A DNA stretch of 64,000 nt, taken from positions 96,001 through 160,000 of IMG/VR virus record IMGVR_UViG_3300032030_000007, one strand, 5' to 3'. The notes under the pieces were generated by a model that searched no databases, was not told where the DNA came from, and saw only the letters and a program-made list of their open reading frames with translations. How positions within the stretch are numbered: position 1 is the stretch's first letter; the number at the start of each line of letters is the position of its first letter. Below are positions 49,866 through 58,233 of the stretch, piece by piece. Source of the stretch: a virus. Its lineage: Duplodnaviria; Caudoviricetes. The translations under genes were made by a program, and so were the position numbers.

Positions 49866-49982
49866 TGGAGCAGGAAGGGGTCGAACCTTCATTCTTTTCC
49901 TTTGTTTCGGTATGCCTACCTACTTGCGGACTCGAACCGCGAATCGGATGCCTCCGTGCGTCTACCATTGCGCCACTACTCC
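49866..49982 (-). ncRNA. tRNA-like RNA with no anticodon arm and two T-loops
   Basis: 7-bp acceptor stem GGAGUAG/CUGCUCC plus A; D-arm GCG-CAAUGGUAGA-CGC; T-arms GCGG-UUCGAGU-CCGC and GAAGG-UUCGACC-CCUUC; two 4-bp hairpins with GGCA loops; promoter directly upstream. Confidence 0.75.
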
Positions 49983-49995
49983 ATCGTTATAATTA

Positions 49996-50023
49996 AATAT
50001 AGTAAAATTTATATTATATTCAA
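49996..50023 (-). promoter_or_regulatory. conserved phage promoter driving the tRNA-like RNA
   Basis: TTGAAT-N16-TATATT ending 13 nt before the RNA 5' end. Confidence 0.7.
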
Positions 50024-50027
50024 AATT

Positions 50028-50333
50028 TTAATCTGTAAAGAATTTAATAAATGCAATAGTAAAATATCTGCAAACCCAAAATACCAAACACCAAAAATAT
50101 ATAAAGAATGATATTGGCCAAATAAGAATAGAAACAACTCGTAAAATATTTCTGAACCATTTAGGACTTATATTTTGTTCATATTCTTTTGCTTCACCAA
50201 AATAATGCTTACTTTCATATTTAACAAGTTTATTATCAATAAGTAAATAAATAAAATCGTTTCTATAGATTTCAAAACCAAGAAACCTACCCATTGCTAA
50301 ATATACGCATACTAAAAAAATATAATATATCAT
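50028..50333 (-). CDS. membrane protein
   Basis: Two transmembrane segments with an IWP motif. Confidence 0.65.
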   Translation of the reverse strand: MIYYIFLVCVYLAMGRFLGFEIYRNDFIYLLIDNKLVKYESKHYFGEAKEYEQNISPKWFRNILRVVSILIWPISFFIYFWCLVFWVCRYFTIAFIKFFTD

Positions 50334-50336
50334 ATC

Positions 50337-50672
50337 TTAAATAATTTCAAATTTATATTGTACCCAATCTTCAGTATCTTCTTCAGTTGTGGAATTAGCT
50401 GCTGCATGATTATCCAGTTCATCTAATACACATAATTGATTGTTTTCCCAAGATATTATCTCATCAAAAGAATTCAAATTAGGACGAATAATTGTAATGA
50501 ACATCCAATGTTTACAATCTTTAATGATAACATTCTCAGGTAACTTCATATGATACTTCATAAATGCAAACCTAATAGAAGCATTCATTTGAACATAAAA
50601 CCAATTATCTATATTTAAGACAATTTCTTTATATTCACCATTCTTTTCTAAAAAATATTTTGTCTGTTCCAT
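50337..50672 (-). CDS. hypothetical protein
   Basis: ORF in array. Confidence 0.7.
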   Translation of the reverse strand: MEQTKYFLEKNGEYKEIVLNIDNWFYVQMNASIRFAFMKYHMKLPENVIIKDCKHWMFITIIRPNLNSFDEIISWENNQLCVLDELDNHAAANSTTEEDTEDWVQYKFEII

Positions 50673-50676
50673 AATC

Positions 50677-50982
50677 TTAATCCCAACCTACATCTGAATA
50701 ACCTTCAGTGCTTTCTTCATAAATTGTGTTTTCAAATTCATATAATGGGTGACCACATATTGATATTGATTTTTTTATTTCATATTCCCATTCACTTTTA
50801 TGATATGTTAAAACATATTCCCAATGATCTGGATTTTTCCATGTTCGTCTATATTCTAGAACAATATATCCATATTCATTTGTATTAAGTAAAGGATAAT
50901 ACGGGTGCTTAACATATTTAGTATCTTTAAAACATCCAAATAAACTTAATATTAAAGAATATATAATTTTAACGATTTTCAT
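50677..50982 (-). CDS. hypothetical protein, possible lipoprotein
   Basis: Hydrophobic N-terminus ending in LFGC. Confidence 0.6.
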   Translation of the reverse strand: MKIVKIIYSLILSLFGCFKDTKYVKHPYYPLLNTNEYGYIVLEYRRTWKNPDHWEYVLTYHKSEWEYEIKKSISICGHPLYEFENTIYEESTEGYSDVGWD

Positions 50983-51265
50983 ATGTCATTAATTTATCAA
51001 ATAAATTTTCATTATCATTATTAAGTTTATTAATAACTTTAAAGTTTGACTTTCTTTTTTCTCTAATAACTTGTTTCAAAATATTTTGACATTCAAAATA
51101 TGTTGTACATATATGACTATCTAAAGCATAATCCATTATATGTTTATTTTCATTATAGATTCCAATATGATGATTATCTCCATAATCAATATCTACTATA
51201 AAACCCTCACGAATTATATAGCATTGTGTATCAACGTAATAAATATGTTTTAAAGATATTCCCAT
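50969..51265 (-). CDS. hypothetical protein
   Basis: ORF in array. Confidence 0.65.
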   Translation of the reverse strand: MGISLKHIYYVDTQCYIIREGFIVDIDYGDNHHIGIYNENKHIMDYALDSHICTTYFECQNILKQVIREKRKSNFKVINKLNNDNENLFDKLMTYENR

Positions 51266-51300
51266 ATATTTAATATAGATTTATGTTAATAATTATTTAA

Positions 51301-51329
51301 AGATGGCGGAAAATCAATCTCCACCATCT
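51301..51329 (-). terminator. hairpin overlapping the rtcB stop
   Basis: agatggcgga...tccaccatct imperfect inverted repeat. Confidence 0.5.
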
Positions 51330-52645
51330 GCAGCTTTAATATTGATCTTAGGAATCATCATAAACTTAATCTTACATGTCTCTGTAATCAAGTCTTTAAT
51401 CTCAGTTGTGTCCTTGTAAGCCATAGGTGACTCATCAAGTGTTGCCTTACAAACTGTAGTTGAATAAATACCCTCCATAGTCTTTTCAAATTCTTTCATT
51501 GAAATATTCTGCTTTGCCTTAGAACGTGACATCTTTCGGCCGGCTCCGTGTGCACAAGAATTTAACCAATCTGAATTTGAAAGTCCCTCACAGATTGCAA
51601 CACCATCTCTCATATTAAAAGGTACAAGAATCTCCTCACCAGCATATGAACGAATTGCACCCTTACGAATAATAGGTATATCTTCATCAAAATCAATATA
51701 GTTATGTGTGGATATGATTTCCTTAGTCATCTTACATCCATACTTTGCAACTATATTATCAATTGTACGATGAAGAATAATATGATTGAATCGTGCATAT
51801 GTTCTTGCAGTGTACATATCACAAAAATATCCAAGCATATTGTCACCTGTTAAAAATCCTTCAATATGACCTTCTGTTTTTGTATCAAGATATTTTTTAA
51901 GAGCATCCTTAAAGCCTTCCATGTTTTTTCTTCCATGCTCTTCAATATACTTCTTCTTAAATTCTGTTGTATATTCTTTTATCTCAGATTTTGAAAGAGC
52001 TGCGCCTTTTGACTTGTTTTCCCAATACTTACAAACCTTAACACCAAAATTACGAGAACCGCAGTGAACAGTTATTCCATAAAGATTATTCTCTTCATTA
52101 ACATCATATTCACAATAATGATTACCTCCACCAAAGCTATTAATTGAATAATACCATGTCTTAGGATCCATTCCTAAACGATTAAGCATATCAGATACCC
52201 ACTTCTCGGTTACTGTATCTGGAAGTTCTGCAAAAATTTCTGGATGTCTTGACTTTGCCTTTCTAAATTCTGTAGACATAAACTTATAAAGCTCTTTGTC
52301 TTCATACATCTTCTTAGGAGACAAATTAAATCCCCAACCACATTCCTTAAGAATCTTATGATTCAATTCTGCATACTTATCTTCAGGAATTGGTCTATCA
52401 TAAAGATGCATAGAAATTTCACAACCGATATCAACCCCTACTGTTCTTGGATCAATGTATTTTCCAAAAGTTGAACAAAAACCAATGACTGACCCCTTTC
52501 CACAGTGAGAATCTGGTTGAATTACGATTTTACAACCTTCATAAGCCTTACAATTAACAATACTATGAATTTGTTGAACAGCTTCTTGTTCAATATTGTT
52601 ATTAGTAACTAATGCTGATGTGTATTTACCAATTATTTTATACAT
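51314..52645 (-). CDS. rtcB: RtcB RNA 3'-phosphate/5'-OH ligase
   Basis: PDSHCGKG, VGVDIGC, GGGNHY, HCGSRNFG, HNY, RKGA, HGAGR, DESPMAYK. Confidence 0.95.
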   Translation of the reverse strand: MYKIIGKYTSALVTNNNIEQEAVQQIHSIVNCKAYEGCKIVIQPDSHCGKGSVIGFCSTFGKYIDPRTVGVDIGCEISMHLYDRPIPEDKYAELNHKILKECGWGFNLSPKKMYEDKELYKFMSTEFRKAKSRHPEIFAELPDTVTEKWVSDMLNRLGMDPKTWYYSINSFGGGNHYCEYDVNEENNLYGITVHCGSRNFGVKVCKYWENKSKGAALSKSEIKEYTTEFKKKYIEEHGRKNMEGFKDALKKYLDTKTEGHIEGFLTGDNMLGYFCDMYTARTYARFNHIILHRTIDNIVAKYGCKMTKEIISTHNYIDFDEDIPIIRKGAIRSYAGEEILVPFNMRDGVAICEGLSNSDWLNSCAHGAGRKMSRSKAKQNISMKEFEKTMEGIYSTTVCKATLDESPMAYKDTTEIKDLITETCKIKFMMIPKINIKAADGGD

Positions 52646-52919
52646 AATATTTATTTTCTAATTCATTTAAAAAATCATTTATTATAATTCTTTCTTTTGT
52701 TGTTAATGGGTCTGGTCCACCATCTCCAACTAAACTAATTGCATATCGTATTAAATCAATTTTTTCTTTATTTGTCATATTTCTTAAAGTTTTGATTTTG
52801 CGAATTCTATTAATGTATCTAATGCATCTATATCTGGATCACGATATGGGTCAGGATATTCAAGGATTCCTTCCACATAATTTTCCATTTCTTTTATTGC
52901 TTCTTTTATATCCATAATT

Positions 52920-53234
52920 TTAATCTATAAAATTTCCAATACTGTTATCCCAAATTATTGTTTCAGATTCTTTAAGTTCATCAAGCCTATCAAAAATCTT
53001 CTGAAGATTCTGTTCATCCCAATCATCAAAGATTTCTACAATTGCATTCTTAATACGAATAGTAGACTTATTAAGATGTTCATCAGGATAATAAAATGTT
53101 AATGTATTATCTGCAGTAGTACCTGGCTTAAGTCTAATATAAGTAAATACATCTGCTTCCTTCAAATACTCGACATATGCTTTAGCAGTACTTGCTTCAA
53201 AATTCTCAATGTTAATCAATCTAATTGTCTTCAT
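52920..53234 (-). CDS. hypothetical protein
   Basis: ORF in array. Confidence 0.7.
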   Translation of the reverse strand: MKTIRLINIENFEASTAKAYVEYLKEADVFTYIRLKPGTTADNTLTFYYPDEHLNKSTIRIKNAIVEIFDDWDEQNLQKIFDRLDELKESETIIWDNSIGNFID

Positions 53235-53235
53235 A

Positions 53236-53592
53236 TTATTTATTATATTGTTCTATAAATCTTTCTTTTCGATTAGCCCAAAATGAAATTCTTGAATCAA
53301 GAGTCTTTAATATTTGTGTAGCAACTGCATCTTTAGTTGTACCAATATAAATTTCATTATCATTAATTTGATGAGTAAATATAATGCAATTATGTATTCT
53401 CAAAAGAGCATTACAAATATCGAATTTGAAACTATCATTAGTCTCAAAGGTCACTTCGCACACATTAGGCAAATGTTCACCATCAAGATTAAGATGTGTA
53501 TCAGTAACAATTGTGGTTGCAATATGATCCATACCAATAGCACCCCAATAAAGAATATCTCCAACTCGAATATCAGCAAATGTTTTGTTCAT
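53236..53592 (-). CDS. hypothetical protein (DLKxGDxxY family)
   Basis: TFADIRVGDILYW; first ORF after a promoter. Confidence 0.7.
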   Translation of the reverse strand: MNKTFADIRVGDILYWGAIGMDHIATTIVTDTHLNLDGEHLPNVCEVTFETNDSFKFDICNALLRIHNCIIFTHQINDNEIYIGTTKDAVATQILKTLDSRISFWANRKERFIEQYNK

Positions 53593-53617
53593 ATTTATAT
53601 TATTTGTTTGATATATA

Positions 53618-53645
53618 AATATAGTATATAATTTAAAAATTTCAA
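53618..53645 (-). promoter_or_regulatory. conserved phage promoter
   Basis: TTGAAA-N16-TATATT. Confidence 0.65.
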
Positions 53646-53651
53646 TAATAT

Positions 53652-54158
53652 TTAAATTACTTCAAATACTTCTTTATTGTAATAAATATCTTCAGGATCT
53701 TCTGAATGTTCTCCGCTTGAATACCAATCATCAAGTTCTTGATATGTTTCAAATGATATATTCTTTAAATCTCTATCTATAATCTGATTAAGATAATATC
53801 TTTCCAATTCATCCATATCACACCAAAGTCCATAAGTGAATCTTGCACCATCATATTTCTTTTTTAATTCATCATATGCATGTTTTGCTGTCTTATTCAA
53901 ACCATCATAATTGAATCTATTCAAAAAACCAGATTTCTTTGGACCATTTTTTTCATTATGTTCAAGATTCTCTCTCTGACGTTCAAAATAACGTTCACAA
54001 GCTAACCATGATTCTTTATCCATTTCTGGATGATCATCTTTATGCTTATCAATTTCAATAAGCTCATCAGCTTTTTCATCAGTCATACATACGCCAAGAA
54101 TTTTTGTATATGAATCTTCCCAATAATTATATTTTCTTTTTACTACTATTACTTCCAT
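53652..54158 (-). CDS. hypothetical protein
   Basis: ORF in array. Confidence 0.75.
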   Translation of the reverse strand: MEVIVVKRKYNYWEDSYTKILGVCMTDEKADELIEIDKHKDDHPEMDKESWLACERYFERQRENLEHNEKNGPKKSGFLNRFNYDGLNKTAKHAYDELKKKYDGARFTYGLWCDMDELERYYLNQIIDRDLKNISFETYQELDDWYSSGEHSEDPEDIYYNKEVFEVI

Positions 54159-54170
54159 ATATTAATTAAT

Positions 54171-54584
54171 TTAAATGTTAGCTTTTAAAATCATTGTTGG
54201 TAAAAGTTCTTCAGTTCTTATAAATCCAAATTTTGAATAAAACTTTTCTAAATCAGATACTGTTTTAAGTGTATCTGTATTTTCTTCTCTTTTACAAGGA
54301 CTGCATAATAAAAGAATATTATAATATTTAAATTTCTTTATTAAAAAGTTCATAAGTTTAGTAGCATATCCTTTTCCAACATAATTTGGATAAGTTTCAA
54401 CTCTAATAATCTTTGCAAATAATTTACCTTTACAATATTCTTTATACCTAGGATATTCATCATTATTAATTTCAATAATAATTTTACTAACTAATGTAGC
54501 TTTATCATCAATTAATTGAATATAATATGTTCCTTCATTAGCTAGAAAAAATCCTTTATTAGTATTCCAAAATTGAATTTTCAT
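54171..54584 (-). CDS. GNAT acetyltransferase
   Basis: VETYPNYVGKGYATKLM (motif A) and FYSKFGF. Confidence 0.85.
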   Translation of the reverse strand: MKIQFWNTNKGFFLANEGTYYIQLIDDKATLVSKIIIEINNDEYPRYKEYCKGKLFAKIIRVETYPNYVGKGYATKLMNFLIKKFKYYNILLLCSPCKREENTDTLKTVSDLEKFYSKFGFIRTEELLPTMILKANI

Positions 54585-54586
54585 AA

Positions 54587-55054
54587 TTATCCTATATAGC
54601 CGTGTCTTAAATCATCATACAAATCATTCATATGTTCCTGATAATCTCTATAAGACTTATATCCAAGTTCTTTCCAAGTCTTTTCATTCTCAGGAATCAT
54701 TTTATTATCAAGCATATATTTACGCTTTAGACCTTTCATGTTCCCACGCATACCGTTCAGTTTTTTAATCTGTATGTTGATATATTCAGAATAATTATGA
54801 TATGCGGTATTCAAATCAAGATCCATCAGTGTAAATTCGTATCCATACTTAATATCATTATATCGGTCTTCAATAGGAATATTAATAATGAAATAATCTT
54901 TACCATTCTCAATATTGTTATTACTCTCAATACAAACAGTAATTTCGTGTGTAAATAGACTAATATTTATTACTTTATAAATTTTAAAAGTATTTCCAAA
55001 GAAACTGTAAATAGTATCTCCAATTTTAAGTGTTTCTAAATTCTCAAGCTTCAT
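54587..55054 (-). CDS. hypothetical protein (DLKxGDxxY family)
   Basis: LETLKIGDTIYS. Confidence 0.7.
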   Translation of the reverse strand: MKLENLETLKIGDTIYSFFGNTFKIYKVINISLFTHEITVCIESNNNIENGKDYFIINIPIEDRYNDIKYGYEFTLMDLDLNTAYHNYSEYINIQIKKLNGMRGNMKGLKRKYMLDNKMIPENEKTWKELGYKSYRDYQEHMNDLYDDLRHGYIG

Positions 55055-55067
55055 ATTTAATTTTTAA

Positions 55068-55433
55068 TTAACTAATAAAATTCATTTCACTAAGATCATA
55101 CTTAAGAGTTTCAGATGCAAGCATCTGATTCAATACATTTTTAACATGTTCCCATTCTTTTAAATACGATTCTGCTTTATCTTCTGGGCAATAAGTAAAT
55201 AAATCTTTGATAACATCTGCAACAACACTTGCATAGTTATTATCTTCTACATAATACTCTGGCCACATAAATACCAAAGAATTTGTATTAAAACAATATC
55301 CTTCAGTATTATCAATTCCAAAAGGACCGTTATTATTCGTTATGGCAAATTCAATACCTGCATTCATTAGTTTTTCTAACTCATTATCAAGTAATCTATT
55401 TACCATTACTCCTCTTAAAATAAATACTTTCAT
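55068..55433 (-). CDS. hypothetical protein
   Basis: ORF in array. Confidence 0.7.
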   Translation of the reverse strand: MKVFILRGVMVNRLLDNELEKLMNAGIEFAITNNNGPFGIDNTEGYCFNTNSLVFMWPEYYVEDNNYASVVADVIKDLFTYCPEDKAESYLKEWEHVKNVLNQMLASETLKYDLSEMNFIS

Positions 55434-55648
55434 AAAACGTAATCTTTATAAAGTGTACCTTCTTTCTGTTTAATGTAATATGTAGTCTTTGCAACAGCAA
55501 GCTGCTCATTGAAAGTTTTATTATCCAAATCAAAATCTTTCCAAATCTCAGGCCATTCCTCTTTCAACCAAACAGTAAACTTAAATTTACCATTCTTAGC
55601 ATAATAACCCATATTGTATTTATATTGACTCATTATGTAAATTTCCAA
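55430..55648 (-). CDS. hypothetical protein
   Basis: ORF in array; the start is probably the ATG at 55633. Confidence 0.6.
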   Translation of the reverse strand: MEIYIMSQYKYNMGYYAKNGKFKFTVWLKEEWPEIWKDFDLDNKTFNEQLAVAKTTYYIKQKEGTLYKDYVL

Positions 55649-55775
55649 AATTTAAATGTATAACTTGTAACAGATTCACTCATTAAATGAAAACTGTTAT
55701 CACCATTCTTATCACGACGAATAAGCTCTTCCAAAATATCAGCAGTTGGAATTTTTTCTAATTCAAGATTTGTCT

Positions 55776-56141
55776 TCATACTGTTCTATAATGTTTACGA
55801 TTCTTTGGTTTAAAATATCTATCATATTTACGATGCCAATAATTTCTATCACGATATCTAGAATCATAATGAGGATCATTATTATATACACGATCCATTC
55901 TTTTAATATACTCTTTATCAATAGCCCAATGACCGTCAGTTGGTTCCATCCACTGTGCTTCAACTGTCATATCTGGGCCTTTCCACATTTCATCAAGACC
56001 TTCAGGTCCATAATTTGAAAGAAGATTACGAACTTCATGATTAATACGATGGCGACATTGACGACGACGATATTCATAGAATTTACGATTATCTCCGTAA
56101 CAACAGAAGCAGCGAATATTCTTTTTATAAGTACGTGACAT
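55776..56141 (-). CDS. basic Arg-rich protein (MSRTYKK)
   Basis: Arg/Tyr-rich; N-terminus shared with 22808..23080. Confidence 0.7.
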   Translation of the reverse strand: MSRTYKKNIRCFCCYGDNRKFYEYRRRQCRHRINHEVRNLLSNYGPEGLDEMWKGPDMTVEAQWMEPTDGHWAIDKEYIKRMDRVYNNDPHYDSRYRDRNYWHRKYDRYFKPKNRKHYRTV

Positions 56142-56147
56142 AATTTT

Positions 56148-56369
56148 TTATTTTACAAAATTATATATTTCAAATTGATCATTTTTATTTCCACGTAACC
56201 AATAATGTTTTGGTTGGTAAAATTCATGTATATTATTATTTAAATACTGTATGATTATTTTTCCACCTGGTCTTGTTACAATATTAATATGATATATACA
56301 GTCTGGATATTTAACATTATATACATATTTTCCTTGTTTAAGTGCTTCAAATGCTTCTAATCTATTCAT
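56148..56369 (-). CDS. hypothetical protein
   Basis: EAFEALKQGK motif; first ORF after a promoter. Confidence 0.65.
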   Translation of the reverse strand: MNRLEAFEALKQGKYVYNVKYPDCIYHINIVTRPGGKIIIQYLNNNIHEFYQPKHYWLRGNKNDQFEIYNFVK

Positions 56370-56403
56370 ATTTATAATATTTAATTTTTTATATTATATA
56401 AAT

Positions 56404-56431
56404 AATATAGTAAAAGCCCAGAAATATTCAA
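56404..56431 (-). promoter_or_regulatory. conserved phage promoter
   Basis: TTGAAT-N16-TATATT; the upstream box lies in the loop of an imperfect hairpin. Confidence 0.65.
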
Positions 56432-56472
56432 TACTTCTGAGCTAAATTTATATAATATTTAATATTTTATTA

Positions 56473-57075
56473 TTACTCTTCCAATTTAAAATCTGTACAC
56501 ATATTTGGAAGTGTTTCCAAATTAATTTTTGGTGTTAACGGAGTTGGAGTATATTTTTCAATTAATTTCATATATGTATCATGATCAATTTCTTTCCAAC
56601 CATTCAAACCTTCTGAAAGAATTCCATAAATATTATGAGAAGAAAGATAACCACCCTTCATATCAAATTTGTCAGTTTTCTTTGTGTAATCAACTTCCAA
56701 TACTTCTCCCTTCTTTGAAAACTGAACATAAAGAAATTCTCCAAGCTGCTTACAGATTACATCATAATTCCAATACTGTGATTTCTTCTCCATGAATGTA
56801 TCAGTAACATACATAAGCATCAAATAATTATAATCTGTATACCATGTTGATACATTACAAAAATATTTGCCAATCATATCTTTCCTATACATCTTATGCA
56901 AAGGAACTGCGATTTCGTTTTGAATTTGCTCAATCTTTTCAGTATCCTGGATAATCCAATCTTTAATTTCATTTTCATGTTTTGGAATTTCTTTCATCAT
57001 TCTATTATACTTAGAAATGTTTATTGAATACTGATGCAATTCTTTAATCTTTGAAATAATTTCTTCTCTGTTCAT
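56473..57075 (-). CDS. hypothetical protein
   Basis: ORF in array. Confidence 0.75.
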   Translation of the reverse strand: MNREEIISKIKELHQYSINISKYNRMMKEIPKHENEIKDWIIQDTEKIEQIQNEIAVPLHKMYRKDMIGKYFCNVSTWYTDYNYLMLMYVTDTFMEKKSQYWNYDVICKQLGEFLYVQFSKKGEVLEVDYTKKTDKFDMKGGYLSSHNIYGILSEGLNGWKEIDHDTYMKLIEKYTPTPLTPKINLETLPNMCTDFKLEE

Positions 57076-57094
57076 ATTTGTTTGGTTTTAAATG

Positions 57095-57586
57095 TTACTT
57101 CTTTACATAAAACTTCTTATAGAATACATATTTTTTATTCTCAACAAAATCATGCCATGCACTACTAAAATAAGACCAAGAAATTTCTTTTTCTTTATTT
57201 TTATCATTTACTTCATATAGAATTCCTTTACGATACTTATAAGAATATTCTAAATCATGGTCTACATTACAATATCCATCTTTAAGATTACTAGATAATG
57301 ATACAAATATCTGTACTCCGTCTTTTAATAATTGAACAGCTTCATCTCGTGTTTTAATAATAGATCCTTCCATTGAATATTGACTTTCAACATCATTATG
57401 AATCTTATTAGCCATTTTAGATACTGTACTCATAAAAATAGGCATGCTATCATCAGATACAATACAACAAATTTTTGATGCTGAAACATTTTCATCAATA
57501 TCACTAAATGGTAATGAAGCAAAGAAATATTGCTTGGCTTTAATTACGTTCCAAATAATCTTAATCTTTTCTTTAAATACACTCAT
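57095..57586 (-). CDS. hypothetical protein
   Basis: ORF in array. Confidence 0.7.
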   Translation of the reverse strand: MSVFKEKIKIIWNVIKAKQYFFASLPFSDIDENVSASKICCIVSDDSMPIFMSTVSKMANKIHNDVESQYSMEGSIIKTRDEAVQLLKDGVQIFVSLSSNLKDGYCNVDHDLEYSYKYRKGILYEVNDKNKEKEISWSYFSSAWHDFVENKKYVFYKKFYVKK

Positions 57587-57594
57587 ATTCTTAA

Positions 57595-58149
57595 TTAATA
57601 TTTTATTCCATCATAACATACGAAATTATAAATATCGTCTTCAACATAATATTGACCGAATCTCCTAATCAATCCATATTTTGTTTCTTTTGTAAACTTA
57701 TTTTCTTCATTAACTAATGTAATATCTTCTTTAGGAACATATCTAAATCTTCCTTTACCTTCTTTATTAATATAAAAAATTTCAGCAACCTTCATTTTTT
57801 TCCAAGGATGCTTATTATTTGTTCTTTCAAATAGTCTTAAAACTTTTACTTTAATATTTGAATTATCAATGTTTTCCCATAATGCAGTATCTGAAGTCAA
57901 ATCAAGTTCTTTATTATAGCATAATGTATGATCTAAACAAAATTGTGCATCTTTCTTATTATCCCACAATTTTGATTCATCATACCATTGCTCATTAACT
58001 TTATATTGAATATTAGGAGAACAACATCCTTCATGATCAATATAATCTACTTTTATAGATACTTCCTGAACATATCCTTTCTTAATATAATTCTTGTAAA
58101 TAAAATATACTAATTGTCCAGGAGTATAATTAAAACTTATACTATACAT
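57595..58149 (-). CDS. hypothetical protein
   Basis: Start moved from 58191 to the ATG at 58149 (MYSISF) because the track start lies inside the promoter. Confidence 0.65.
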   Translation of the reverse strand: MYSISFNYTPGQLVYFIYKNYIKKGYVQEVSIKVDYIDHEGCCSPNIQYKVNEQWYDESKLWDNKKDAQFCLDHTLCYNKELDLTSDTALWENIDNSNIKVKVLRLFERTNNKHPWKKMKVAEIFYINKEGKGRFRYVPKEDITLVNEENKFTKETKYGLIRRFGQYYVEDDIYNFVCYDGIKY

Positions 58150-58174
58150 ATTTATATTTTTTAAATTATATATA

Positions 58175-58202
58175 AATATAGATTTTTTCAAATAAAATTC
58201 AA
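58175..58202 (-). promoter_or_regulatory. conserved phage promoter
   Basis: TTGAAT-N16-TATATT. Confidence 0.7.
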
Positions 58203-58233
58203 AATAGATAGTAACTTAAATTACTATCTATTT
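58202..58233 (-). terminator. terminator hairpin overlapping the GMPR/IMPDH stop
   Basis: aaatagatagtaa-cttaaa-ttactatctattt. Confidence 0.65.

Noticed and set aside
49866-49982. Canonical tRNA (Leu-like D-arm)
   Set aside because: There is no 5-bp stem with a 7-nt anticodon loop and there is an extra T-arm, so no anticodon can be assigned
49863-50111. 82-aa plus-strand ORF
   Set aside because: It is antisense to the tRNA-like RNA and its promoter, starts with TTG, and is best explained as a by-product of the GC-rich RNA
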